From an uncultured Gammaproteobacteria bacterium (GTDB lineage: Bacteria; Patescibacteriota; Microgenomatia; JALYQM01), in assembly GCA_964525495.1 (NCBI GenBank), contig CAZGHS010000003.1, positions 52,022-116,021 on the forward strand: DNA of 64,000 bases, in the 5' to 3' direction. Position 1 is the first letter of the stretch. Each line of letters starts with the position of its first letter. A model generated the notes under the pieces. It was not told the origin of the DNA and did not search any database. It saw only the letters and a list, made by a program, of their open reading frames with translations. This document shows positions 1-8,612 of the stretch, piece by piece. Made by a program: the position numbers and the translations under genes.

Positions 1-764
1 TCTGCCGCGAGTGTGGCTTTTACAATTTCTACATATTCTGTCATACCTCTATTACTTGTGTTAAGAGGGGAGGTTCGTCGTTCCTGGATTGCTTTGAGAA
101 ATTCTTCTTCTGTTAAGGATTTCATATATACTGCGGTGCTTCCGTTACCAACATGATATGCAGAGTGATAGTCAGTGAAGGAAAAGGGAGCTAGATTGAA
201 AATATGATTACGGGAGTGTATTTCGTTTTCTTCTTTTGAACGTGACCAAAAGAGTGCTTGAGCCATCCAATTATACACTTCGATTCCGATATTTTTGTGT
301 AAGTGCTTTGGGATTTTAGTAAGTAATTGCTCAATATAATCTGTTTTGAGTCCATGGAGGACAATGTCAGGGTGAACAAAAACAATAATTGCGTCGTATT
401 GCTCGATGTATTCTTCTATCAAGTCGAGGGGTTGTGGTCTTTTGTTTGGTTTTTTGTAGTGTGCTATGAATTCTTCTGCCTTTTTTCGAATGGGTAATGA
501 AACGAGCATATGACCCTTCGTGGTACTGATTTCTATGCCAGGAATAGGAAGTATCTTCATACTGTGACTGTTTATTTTGTCCGCATAGTCGAGGAAGCGA
601 GGAAGTTTAGATACTAGGTTGTGGTCGGAGAGTCCGACGATTTGCAAACCCTTGGCGACTGCAACATCAATGATTTTTTCTGGTTCATGAAGGCCATCGC
701 TGGCTGTAGAGTGCCCATGACCGTCATACACAAACATTTTGTACCCATTATTGTTTAGGTGCAT
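1..764 (-). CDS. PHP-domain (polymerase/histidinol-phosphatase-like) phosphoesterase, 3' end beyond window start
   Basis: Manual minus-strand translation from ATG at 764 gives MHLNNNGYKMFVYDGHGHSTASDGLHEPEKIIDVAVAKGLQIVGLSDHN..., an open frame down to position 1; H-x-H and D/H metal motifs typical of the PHP fold. Absent from the ORF track because there is no stop in the window. Confidence 0.55.
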   Translation of the reverse strand, partial: MHLNNNGYKMFVYDGHGHSTASDGLHEPEKIIDVAVAKGLQIVGLSDHNLVSKLPRFLDYADKINSHSMKILPIPGIEISTTKGHMLVSLPIRKKAEEFIAHYKKPNKRPQPLDLIEEYIEQYDAIIVFVHPDIVLHGLKTDYIEQLLTKIPKHLHKNIGIEVYNWMAQALFWSRSKEENEIHSRNHIFNLAPFSFTDYHSAYHVGNGSTAVYMKSLTEEEFLKAIQERRTSPLNTSNRGMTEYVEIVKATLAA

Positions 765-830
765 GGAAATTATTGTAGGGGATGTTGTTATTAGAAGCAA
801 GTTTAAAGGACACTAGTAGATATCTCGTAT

Positions 831-970
831 ATTCTTTTTTCTTATTCGAACAAATTCATGACAATACTGTCATATAGGTCATCTGCTCTAACTTCTACAT
901 AAGCGTACTGTTTTTCCTCGATGGAAGTTCTCATTGCGAAAGAAAGAACATACTTCGATATCATTCTAAT
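831..970. repeat. Intergenic repeat family A, copy 1 (about 140 nt), in the divergent PHP/eno spacer
   Basis: Three blocks are nearly identical to 14156..14367: ATTCTTTTTTCTTATTCGAACAA(A/G)TTCATGACA.TACT.TCATA; GGAAGTTCTCATTGCGAAAGAAAGAA; ATACTTCGATAT.A.TTCTAA. Contains the palindrome ATGACAATACTGTCAT. Confidence 0.7.
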
Positions 971-1037
971 CTTTGATTCACTTTTAACTAATTCGAATTC
1001 GAGTTATAATGGTTTGGTTATAAGAAGGGAGATATTT

Positions 1038-2339
1038 ATGGCAACAATTAGTTCAATTAAAGCTCGGCAAATTTTGGATTCGCGCGGTAATCCAACTGTC
1101 GAGGTAGATGTAATGCTTTCGGATGGTTCGTTTGGGCGAGCAGCAGTTCCGAGTGGAGCTTCGACAGGTGCACTTGAGGCCTTAGAGCTTCGGGACGGGG
1201 ATAAATCAAAGTATGGAGGTAAGGGAGTTTCCAAGGCTGTTGAGAATGTTAATACGACATTGAAAGATTTGCTTTCTGGAATGGATGTATCGGATCAGCG
1301 CGCTATTGATCAGAAAATGATCGATGCGGATGGTACAGAGCATAAATCACAACTGGGAGCGAACGCGATCTTGGGTGTTTCTTTAGCTGTGTGTCGTGCG
1401 GCGGCTGCATCAGCTAAGAAACCTTTATACGTATGGGTTCGTGAAGTGTTTGGTTTGAGCTATGACTCATGGATGATGCCGACACCAATGATGAATATTA
1501 TTAATGGTGGAAAGCATGCCGAAGGTTCGACAGATATCCAGGAGTTTATGATTTTGCCTACAGGTGCTTCGTCTATGAGTGAAGCAATCCGGTATGGAGC
1601 TGAAATTTTTCATTCACTAAAGAAAGTTCTTTTATCTCATGGTTACACCACTGAGGTAGGAGATGAAGGCGGTTATGCACCTATTTTGGGGGGCAATAAG
1701 CGAGCGTTTGAAATGATATCAGAAGCTGTAGAGAAAGCTGGGTATGTTTTGGGTAAGGATGTTTATGTTGCGGTAGATGTTGCTGCTTCTTCTTTCTATG
1801 AAAACGGGAGCTATAATTTAGCTACTGAAAATAAGGTTGTAAATCCTCAGGAATTGAGCAGCTTGTATGAGGAATGGTGTTCACAGTATCCAATAATTTC
1901 TATTGAGGATCCATTTTTTGAGGAAGATATGCCAACGACTAGTGCGTTGACTGCAAAGATTGGTAATACGACTCAGATAGTTGGGGACGACCTTTTTGTT
2001 ACAAATGTTACATTGTTGCAAAAGGGTATTGATGAAAAATCTGGAAATGCAATTTTGATTAAAGTAAACCAGATTGGAAGTTTAACTGAGACAGTAGATG
2101 CTGTATTGCTTGCACAGAAGTCTGGATTTAATACGGTGATGTCGCACCGATCAGGGGAGACTGAAGATACTACTATCGCTGATTTGGCTGTTGCATTGAA
2201 TTGTGGACAAATTAAAACAGGTTCATTATCACGATCGGATCGAGTTGCGAAATATAATCAGTTGATTCGAATTGCTGAAGAGCTCGGTGACAAAGCTGTT
2301 TATGCAGGTATGAAACCATTTGAAAAATATAATCGATAG
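1038..2339 (+). CDS. eno: Enolase (phosphopyruvate hydratase)
   Basis: MATISSIKARQILDSRGNPTVEVDV... with enolase signatures throughout. GGAG RBS before the ATG at 1038. The ORF-track start at 921 reads through repeat A and is not credible. Confidence 0.95.
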   Translation: MATISSIKARQILDSRGNPTVEVDVMLSDGSFGRAAVPSGASTGALEALELRDGDKSKYGGKGVSKAVENVNTTLKDLLSGMDVSDQRAIDQKMIDADGTEHKSQLGANAILGVSLAVCRAAAASAKKPLYVWVREVFGLSYDSWMMPTPMMNIINGGKHAEGSTDIQEFMILPTGASSMSEAIRYGAEIFHSLKKVLLSHGYTTEVGDEGGYAPILGGNKRAFEMISEAVEKAGYVLGKDVYVAVDVAASSFYENGSYNLATENKVVNPQELSSLYEEWCSQYPIISIEDPFFEEDMPTTSALTAKIGNTTQIVGDDLFVTNVTLLQKGIDEKSGNAILIKVNQIGSLTETVDAVLLAQKSGFNTVMSHRSGETEDTTIADLAVALNCGQIKTGSLSRSDRVAKYNQLIRIAEELGDKAVYAGMKPFEKYNR

Positions 2340-2361
2340 TTTGGTTTGTATATACAAAAAG

Positions 2362-2390
2362 AAAAGCCTCGAGAGATCGAGGCTTTTTTC
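2362..2390. terminator. Rho-independent terminator between convergent eno and the 2411..3313 gene
   Basis: GCCTCGA-GAGA-TCGAGGC perfect hairpin followed by TTTTTT, with an A-run on the other side, so it could work in both directions. Confidence 0.75.
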
Positions 2391-2410
2391 GTAGACGATG
2401 TTATTTATAT

Positions 2411-3313
2411 CTAAATCTTTGGAGTAACCGATGGTTTTGCTGTAGCGCTTGGCTTCGTTGTGGCTTTGCTTGATGCGCTTGGGGTCGCTGAAGCAGCTGG
2501 CTTCGTAGTGGCTGCTGACTTTACTGCTGCAGTTGGTGATGCTATCGGATTTGTAGACGCTGAGCTAGATGATTCACGGATTTCACGAAGTAATCCTGCT
2601 GCTCGTCCTGGAATTGCGAGAACTCGAGTCGCATAGTTGACGTTATTTTGTGTGTAGTAGGTAAGTGTAACCCGGTCGCCAATTTTGATGTCACTTAGTT
2701 TAGGTGCTTCAACATCTTTTACTGTTACTGCTGTGTTTGCATTAAGAGTAAGTTCTTCTTCATCATTTTGTGATGGGCTTTTTACTGATATGGTGAAAGC
2801 TGAGCCGGAAGCTTCTCGATTAGATACAGTCCCGTATAGTGCACTTTTTTCCTGATCAACTGTTTTCTTGGTGATTACAAGTATGTGCTGCGCGAGCAAT
2901 GACTTACCATCGGTTGTAACCTGACCAACTACTATAACTTTATCTGTTACTTTGAGTCGTGCAACTGTAGTAACCGTTTTTCGTGTTGCATCGTAGGCAA
3001 ATACTTTTGTTTTTTTGTCAGTATCTACATTTTTGTCGCCCTCGTTTGTTTTAACTAAGAATTTGCCAATAGCGCTTGGTGTGGCACTGACCTCACCTTT
3101 GTATACTACTATCTTGCTTGATGCAGCTACGGCTCCTGTTGAAGCTTGTGGTGCTGTTGTTGCTGCTTTTACTGCGCCTTTAGCTGTTGGTGAAGAAAAG
3201 TCTTCTTCAGGAAGTGTTTTGTTTTCTAATGCAGCAACGGGAACTATAGAAGATACGATAAGTACAAAGAAAATAATAGTAAAGATACCAGAATAAGACT
3301 TTTTGATATTCAT
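2411..3313 (-). CDS. Hypothetical N-terminally anchored exported protein, Ser/Thr/Ala/Lys-rich low-complexity tail
   Basis: N-terminal hydrophobic helix (IFTIIFFVLIVSSIVPVAA), then a low-complexity STAK-rich region. No recognisable catalytic motif. Confidence 0.5.
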   Translation of the reverse strand: MNIKKSYSGIFTIIFFVLIVSSIVPVAALENKTLPEEDFSSPTAKGAVKAATTAPQASTGAVAASSKIVVYKGEVSATPSAIGKFLVKTNEGDKNVDTDKKTKVFAYDATRKTVTTVARLKVTDKVIVVGQVTTDGKSLLAQHILVITKKTVDQEKSALYGTVSNREASGSAFTISVKSPSQNDEEELTLNANTAVTVKDVEAPKLSDIKIGDRVTLTYYTQNNVNYATRVLAIPGRAAGLLREIRESSSSASTNPIASPTAAVKSAATTKPAASATPSASSKATTKPSATAKPSVTPKI

Positions 3314-3780
3314 TAACCCTCCAAAACCGCGTACACTGTCTTCGTTACTGATTTCTGTTGTCCAGCTTGATCGAATACTGTAATATTTAAAATATTTTCG
3401 CCGTCTTTCAGTGTTACATCGAGCGCGAATGATCCGTCTGCGTTGGTTTCACCAATGACATCTTGAGCACCGCCTGTAATAGTAACTGTTGTGCCCGGCT
3501 TTGAAGCACCTGCAATCTTTACTGTTGTTGTATTAATGAATGAGTTGTCTTCAGGTGATGCAACTGTTACTTTGAGTGCTTCGTTTGTAGTCCCTTGTGG
3601 TTTAGCTGCTTCTGTTTTTGGAGCGTCTTGAGGTTTGTATTTTGTTGCTTCAAGATTAAACTCTTTAGTTTTTGATTGTGATGTCCACAGAAAAACTCCG
3701 AGCGCAGCAATAAAAACAGAAACAAATATTCCTAAATAAATAAGATATGATGGGGTGCCTTGTTCACTCATGTAGTTCAC
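3313..3780 (-). CDS. Hypothetical membrane-anchored protein with Ig-like/Big-like beta domain
   Basis: TM anchor YLIYLGIFVSVFIAALGVFLW followed by TVTITGGAQDVIGETNADGSFALDVTLKDGENILNITVFD (Ig-like fold signature). 1-nt overlap with the downstream gene, which suggests an operon. Confidence 0.5.
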   Translation of the reverse strand: MNYMSEQGTPSYLIYLGIFVSVFIAALGVFLWTSQSKTKEFNLEATKYKPQDAPKTEAAKPQGTTNEALKVTVASPEDNSFINTTTVKIAGASKPGTTVTITGGAQDVIGETNADGSFALDVTLKDGENILNITVFDQAGQQKSVTKTVYAVLEG

Positions 3781-3857
3781 ATAGTATTAGTATAGGTGGA
3801 TGTTGTCAAGTTGGCCTGGGAGATGTATAAAGATTAAGAGAAAGGTTTTATGACTTT

Positions 3858-4493
3858 ATGGATATTTCGTGGTTTGGACAATCTTACTTTAAGTTAAAAG
3901 GGAAAAGCGCTAGTGTCGTAATGGATCCGTTTGATCCAGAATTTGTTGGACTGAAAAAAGTTAAACAGAATGCTGACATCGTAACGATTTCTCACCCACA
4001 TCAAGATCATAATAATGTTGAGATGATTGAAGGAGAGCCATTTGTAATTCGTGGCGCAGGAGAATACGAAGTAAAAGGTGTTCGTATTCAGGGTATTCAA
4101 ACATTTCATGATACAAAGCAGGGAAAAGATCGAGGTATTAATACAATGTTCGTGATGGATATTGATGGAATAGTGGTTTGTCATTGTGGCGATTTGGGTC
4201 ATGAGCTGACTGATGCGCAATTGGAAGAATTACCGGATATAGATGTGTTGTTGATTCCTGTTGGTGGTATCTACACTATTGATCCTGCTGGCGCATCGAA
4301 GGTGATCGCGCAAGTAGAACCTAAAGTTGTTATCCCAATGCACTATAAAGTTCCTGGTTTAAAAATTGAATTGGGAACACTTGATGAGTTCTTACATGCA
4401 TATGGTAAGGGTTCAGTAACTCCTGTAAATAAATATTCTATTACTAAAGATAAGTTGCCTGAGAATGAAGAAATTGTTGTCTTAGAGATGTAA
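3858..4493 (+). CDS. UPF0173-family metal-dependent hydrolase (metallo-beta-lactamase fold)
   Basis: MDISWFGQSYFKLKG N-terminus, HPHQDHNN and HCGDLGHE metal-binding motifs. Confidence 0.75.
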   Translation: MDISWFGQSYFKLKGKSASVVMDPFDPEFVGLKKVKQNADIVTISHPHQDHNNVEMIEGEPFVIRGAGEYEVKGVRIQGIQTFHDTKQGKDRGINTMFVMDIDGIVVCHCGDLGHELTDAQLEELPDIDVLLIPVGGIYTIDPAGASKVIAQVEPKVVIPMHYKVPGLKIELGTLDEFLHAYGKGSVTPVNKYSITKDKLPENEEIVVLEM

Positions 4494-4501
4494 CTTGTTA
4501 T

Positions 4502-4587
4502 TTTTGAAAACCTTTTTGTCCACATTTTTTCCGTTAAGTCCAGAGGGACAACCACTACAAAAATGTGCACTGCAGCGGTTTTCAAAA
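4502..4587. repeat. Palindromic intergenic repeat family B, copy 1 (long imperfect hairpin)
   Basis: The core 4518..4578 (GTCCACATTTTTTCCGTTAAGTCCAGAGGGACAACCACTACAAAAATGTGCACTGCAGCGG) is the reverse complement, at about 92% identity, of 11900..11960. Outer arms TTTTGAAAACC/GGTTTTCAAAA extend the palindrome. Confidence 0.75.
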
Positions 4588-4603
4588 TTTTTAGAAAGTA
4601 ATT

Positions 4604-5920
4604 ATGGATAGAGTTCCTCCCCAAAATATAGAGGCAGAGCAGTCTGTACTTGGATCGCTTTTGCTTTCGCCGGATGCGATTGTTGAAGTTGCAGAGATTT
4701 TGCGTCCTCATCATTTTTATCGTGAAGAGCAGCATGGTCAGATCTATGCGTGTATGTTGAATTTGTATGAACGACGAGAACCTATCGATGTAATCACGTT
4801 GACTGAAGAGTTGAATAAAAAAGAAGCGTATGAAAAAGTAGGAGGTGCATCCTATATATCGCTGCTTGCTTCGATGGTGCCAACTGCTGCAAACGTCGTG
4901 CGCTATGCAAAAATTGTAAAAGATCACTATACCAAGCGAGAGTTGATTAGTTCTGCAAATAAAATTTCTGAACTAGCGTTTTCGCCACAGAATGAAGTGC
5001 CAATGGTTTTGGATTCTGCTGAGCAGATGGTATTTCGTCTTTCGCAGGAAAGTACTAACACAGACTTTGTTCCTATCCGCGATACCTTGGCTGAGTCATT
5101 TGATCGACTTGACGAGCTTCACAAAAATGCAGGGAAACTACGTGGTGTTCCGACTGGCTTTCGGGACTTGGATAATAAATTAGCAGGGCTTCAGGACTCA
5201 GCGTTGATTGTGTTAGCAGCTCGTCCTGGTACTGGTAAAACTGCTTTGGCTCTTAATATAGCCCAAACCGCAGCTATTCGATATAAGATCCCCGTGGGAT
5301 TTTTCTCTTTGGAAATGTCAAAGGAAGAACTGACGGATCGGTTGCTTTCTATTCAATCTTTGGTTGATTCATGGAATATAAAGACTGGACGGCTGGAAGA
5401 TGCGGACTGGGAAAAACTGCAGGAGGCAATGGGGGAACTAGCTGAAGCTCCTTTGTATATAGATGACACACCTGGAATCTCGATTATGGAGATGCGCACT
5501 AAGGCTCGTCGTTTACAGATGGAGAAGGGTTTAAAGCTTTTGATCGTGGATTATTTGCAGTTGGTGCAGGGACGTACTAAAGATAATCGTGTGCAAGAAG
5601 TGTCTGAAATTTCTCAAGGTTTGAAAAACTTGGCTCGTGAATTGAAGATACCTGTGTTAGCGCTTGGTCAGCTTTCGCGCGCTGTAGAACAGCGAACTGG
5701 TTCGAGCAAAGCACCGCAGCTATCAGATCTTCGTGAATCTGGTGCGATCGAGCAAGATGCCGACGTCGTTATGTTTTTATATAAAGAAGATCCTGAGAAT
5801 CCAGAATTTATCAAGCTGAGTATTGCGAAACATCGTGCTGGATCGGTCGGCGATATCGATTTGATCTTTAAGGGAGCACGACAGCGTTTTTATGGAGTGG
5901 AGAAGAAACGGCCAACGTAA
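4604..5920 (+). CDS. dnaB: Replicative DNA helicase DnaB
   Basis: PPQNIEAEQSVLGSLLL N-terminal motif; RecA-like core with Walker A ARPGTGKTA; 438 aa, so no intein. Confidence 0.95.
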   Translation: MDRVPPQNIEAEQSVLGSLLLSPDAIVEVAEILRPHHFYREEQHGQIYACMLNLYERREPIDVITLTEELNKKEAYEKVGGASYISLLASMVPTAANVVRYAKIVKDHYTKRELISSANKISELAFSPQNEVPMVLDSAEQMVFRLSQESTNTDFVPIRDTLAESFDRLDELHKNAGKLRGVPTGFRDLDNKLAGLQDSALIVLAARPGTGKTALALNIAQTAAIRYKIPVGFFSLEMSKEELTDRLLSIQSLVDSWNIKTGRLEDADWEKLQEAMGELAEAPLYIDDTPGISIMEMRTKARRLQMEKGLKLLIVDYLQLVQGRTKDNRVQEVSEISQGLKNLARELKIPVLALGQLSRAVEQRTGSSKAPQLSDLRESGAIEQDADVVMFLYKEDPENPEFIKLSIAKHRAGSVGDIDLIFKGARQRFYGVEKKRPT

Positions 5921-5932
5921 TACGATAGATGT

Positions 5933-6415
5933 ATGGAAGAATCTGAGAGAATAGACCGATTATCTGTTCAGGGATTGGTTGATAGATTTAAGAATAAAGA
6001 AAACCCAAACGAACAAACTCGTGAACTAGGGAGAATAATGTATGAGATTTATGATCGCATGCATATTTCTGATCAACGTGTTTTGGATGCCTCTATTAGT
6101 ATGGAGACTACTACTGCATTTGCCGAGGGTTTTTTAAGAAAATGGAGTCCTGTCTCAGACAAAGAGCTAGCTAGTCGGAATCCAGAATCTCCAACAGGAA
6201 TATCAGAGATTGCGGGCGAGGCAGTGAGAGATGGGATTCTTGGAGATCGAAATTCTGATGGCGCTAAAATAGTTGAGGGACTTACTCAGTATTTAAGAGA
6301 AGCAACTCAGAGTCATGATGCTAATATTTCGTTCGCGCAAGGCTTTTTTAAGCCAATTATTGAAGCTCGACAACTAGAATTCAATTTAATGAATCCACCA
6401 AAATCTAAATCATAA
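5933..6415 (+). CDS. Hypothetical protein
   Basis: ORF with good coding look. No recognisable motifs. Confidence 0.4.
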   Translation: MEESERIDRLSVQGLVDRFKNKENPNEQTRELGRIMYEIYDRMHISDQRVLDASISMETTTAFAEGFLRKWSPVSDKELASRNPESPTGISEIAGEAVRDGILGDRNSDGAKIVEGLTQYLREATQSHDANISFAQGFFKPIIEARQLEFNLMNPPKSKS

Positions 6416-6417
6416 TG

Positions 6418-6501
6418 TGCCGGGGGAGGGAGTCGAACCCTCACATGGTTTACCCATATTGGTTTTTGAGACCAACGCGTCTGCCATTCCGCCACCCCGG
6501 C
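6418..6501 (-). tRNA. tRNA-Leu (anticodon CAA), type II with long variable arm
   Basis: Minus-strand sequence GCCGGGGTGGCGGAATGGCAGACGCGTTGGTCTCAAAAACCAATATGGGTAAACCATGTGAGGGTTCGACTCCCTCCCCCGGCA. 7-bp acceptor stem, anticodon loop CUCAAAA, TPsiC GGTTCGACTCC. CCA is not encoded. Confidence 0.85.
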
Positions 6502-6581
6502 GAACTATGGGAGATTTTACCAGTTTTCCATGCTATTGTCATCTTGCTGACAGGTTGATCTTTACCCTATATAATACCTGC

Positions 6582-7352
6582 ATGTATCCAGTCCTCTTTA
6601 AACTTGGCCCATTTGTAATCTATACCTATGGTTTTGCCCTTACTATAGCGGTTATCGTTGCTACTTTCCTGATATGGAGACGAGCACGCAAACTCGGATA
6701 TAACGAAGAAAACGTCATTGATATGATACTTTTTTCTTTGTTTATAGCTTTGATTACTTCTCGTCTTGTGTATGTGGTCACGCATTTCAACCAATTTGGG
6801 TGGGAGTTCCTTAAAATTGTTTTGATCACCTATTTCCCAGGGCTTGATGGAGCGGCAGCGTTTGCGGGTGGTTTGCTTGGCTTTTTGATATTTGCGCTTA
6901 TGAAACACTGGAATTTGGTGAGGATTTTTGATTGTGTTGTGAAAGGGTTGAGCCTTGGCATGTTTATTGTGATGATCGGTGCTTTTTTTGCAGCGTCATA
7001 TGTCGGCATCCCGGCTTCAGGGCCGTTAGGCGTGATTATTCCTGGTTTTACTGAACCTCGTCATCCGGTTGCGCTTTATTATGCTGCTGTTAGTATCTTT
7101 ATTTATGTTTTGCTTGTTGTCCTCGACAGAACACAGAAACCTGATGGATTATTGTCTAGTGTGTTCTTTATTTTTTCCGGAATTGCCTTTATAGTTTTTG
7201 AATGGTATACAGAAGGCGGACCTGTTTTAGGATCTATTCATTTGACACAGTTTACCGGATTTATTAGTATTTTGATTGGTGGATTTCTTCTATTCCGTAT
7301 ATTTCAGAAGAGCCGGTCGACACATACCTTACTTGAAAGGGGTATTTCATGA
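6582..7352 (+). CDS. lgt: Prolipoprotein diacylglyceryl transferase
   Basis: MYPVLFKLGPFVIYTYGFALTIAV N-terminus and a later RHPVALYYA (RHPSQLYE-like) motif. Polytopic membrane protein. The ORF-track start at 6417 overlaps the tRNA and is rejected. Confidence 0.75.
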   Translation: MYPVLFKLGPFVIYTYGFALTIAVIVATFLIWRRARKLGYNEENVIDMILFSLFIALITSRLVYVVTHFNQFGWEFLKIVLITYFPGLDGAAAFAGGLLGFLIFALMKHWNLVRIFDCVVKGLSLGMFIVMIGAFFAASYVGIPASGPLGVIIPGFTEPRHPVALYYAAVSIFIYVLLVVLDRTQKPDGLLSSVFFIFSGIAFIVFEWYTEGGPVLGSIHLTQFTGFISILIGGFLLFRIFQKSRSTHTLLERGIS

Positions 7353-7732
7353 TACGTCAGGATTTAGTTAGCGATATTCGCAAAAAATTAGAAGCACAAA
7401 AAGAGAGTTGTATTGCACGATTGGACGAGTTGGAAAAGAGTGATCCCTTCAATCTCGATCAAACTCGTGATGTTGATGACGACCGCACATCACCTGATGA
7501 TGAAGCGCAATTAAATGAACAGCACGAACGAATTGCTTCTCAGATGGAAGCTCAGAAAAAAATGATAGTGCGTATTGATGGAGCTATGGGACGCATCGCT
7601 GATGGTACCTACGGCGTGTGCGAGATCTGCGGAAAAGATATTGAAGAGTCTCGTTTGCATGCAATGCCTTTAGCTTCTTTGTGTTTACAGGATGAAAAGT
7701 CTGCTGAAAAACGTATTAAGAAAATTGCATAA
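7349..7732 (+). CDS. DksA/TraR-family C4 zinc-finger protein
   Basis: C-terminal GTYGVCEICGKDIEESRLHAMPLASLC zinc finger and an acidic coiled-coil N-terminus. Confidence 0.6.
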   Translation: MIRQDLVSDIRKKLEAQKESCIARLDELEKSDPFNLDQTRDVDDDRTSPDDEAQLNEQHERIASQMEAQKKMIVRIDGAMGRIADGTYGVCEICGKDIEESRLHAMPLASLCLQDEKSAEKRIKKIA

Positions 7733-8192
7733 TTATTTCCCCAATCCACGTATTGGAGCACTAACAGTTTTTGTTGTGTGTGTATTGCTAGATCAACTAT
7801 CTAAAATAATTGTACTAAAGTCGGGTGTCTTGCCTGTGTATTTTAATAGGACAGTGGCATTTTCTTTGCCGATCCCGTGGTATCTTCCTTGGATAGTGAT
7901 GATAGCTGGAGGTACAGGATATTTGTTGATGAGCAATCGGTATGCAGAATCAAAAGCGTTTTTGATACAGTTTTCTTCTCGTTATTCGACGACTTTGTTT
8001 GTTGCTGTGCTAATATCTGCAGGAGCGATTTCAAATTTGATCGATCGGTTTTTTTATAACGGCAGTGTTGTAGATTTTATTAATGTGCATTATTGGCCAG
8101 TATTTAATTTCGCTGATTCATTTATCGTGTGCGGCCTCTTGTTATTTGTGTATACTTCTTATATAAAATCAGATATACCAAATAAAAAATAG
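7692..8192 (+). CDS. lspA: Lipoprotein signal peptidase (signal peptidase II)
   Basis: LLDQLSKIIV..., GAISNLIDR and FNFADSFIVCG motifs. Forms an lgt-dksA-lspA lipoprotein-maturation cluster. Confidence 0.8.
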   Translation: MKSLLKNVLRKLHNYFPNPRIGALTVFVVCVLLDQLSKIIVLKSGVLPVYFNRTVAFSLPIPWYLPWIVMIAGGTGYLLMSNRYAESKAFLIQFSSRYSTTLFVAVLISAGAISNLIDRFFYNGSVVDFINVHYWPVFNFADSFIVCGLLLFVYTSYIKSDIPNKK

Positions 8193-8200
8193 GAGAGTAT

Positions 8201-8578
8201 ATGGCTACAAAAATTTTGTTAATTGAGGATGATCAACTTTTACGTGAGATGTATAACGAGCTTTTGACAGACGAGGGTCTTGAAGTAACTGCATGTGTTG
8301 ATGGTGAAGAGGGCTACAATAAAGCTGTTGAAGGTGGTTTTGATTTAGTGCTACTTGATATCATGCTTCCAAAAATGGATGGCTTGCAGGTTTTGAAGAC
8401 TTTGAAAGATAAAGATCAGTTAAAAAAGAATGGTCCAGTTGTTTTGTTAACAAATCTTGGACAAGATAATATCGTGAAGCAGGGTTTTGATCTAGGTGCT
8501 ACAGGCTATTTGATAAAGAGCTCAATGACTCCAGATCAAGTATTGCATGAAGTACGCACATTTCTAAAGAAGCAATAA
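8201..8578 (+). CDS. Stand-alone response-regulator receiver domain (CheY-like)
   Basis: LLIEDD...LVLLDIMLPKMDG...K receiver signature. No output domain. Confidence 0.85.
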   Translation: MATKILLIEDDQLLREMYNELLTDEGLEVTACVDGEEGYNKAVEGGFDLVLLDIMLPKMDGLQVLKTLKDKDQLKKNGPVVLLTNLGQDNIVKQGFDLGATGYLIKSSMTPDQVLHEVRTFLKKQ

Positions 8579-8612
8579 GACAAAATTTGCTTAGTTATGA
8601 GATAATTGCTTC

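Noticed and set aside
921-1037. Track's upstream start of the enolase ORF (MEVLIAKERTYFDIILIF...)
   Set aside because: This stretch is a read-through of repeat family A block 2 and the block 3 sequence. The canonical enolase N-terminus with a GGAG RBS begins at 1038.
4343-4927. 194-aa minus-strand ORF spanning the MBL-hydrolase end, repeat B1 and the dnaB start
   Set aside because: It is antisense to two well-supported genes and runs through a palindromic repeat. The same applies to 11762..11971 (minus) over repeat B2. Both are palindrome artefacts.
6417-6581. N-terminal 55 codons of the lgt ORF (MPGEGVEPSHG...), and the 6313..6495 minus ORF
   Set aside because: Both are translations of the tRNA-Leu gene and its flanks. 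The Lgt homology starts at the Met at 6582.
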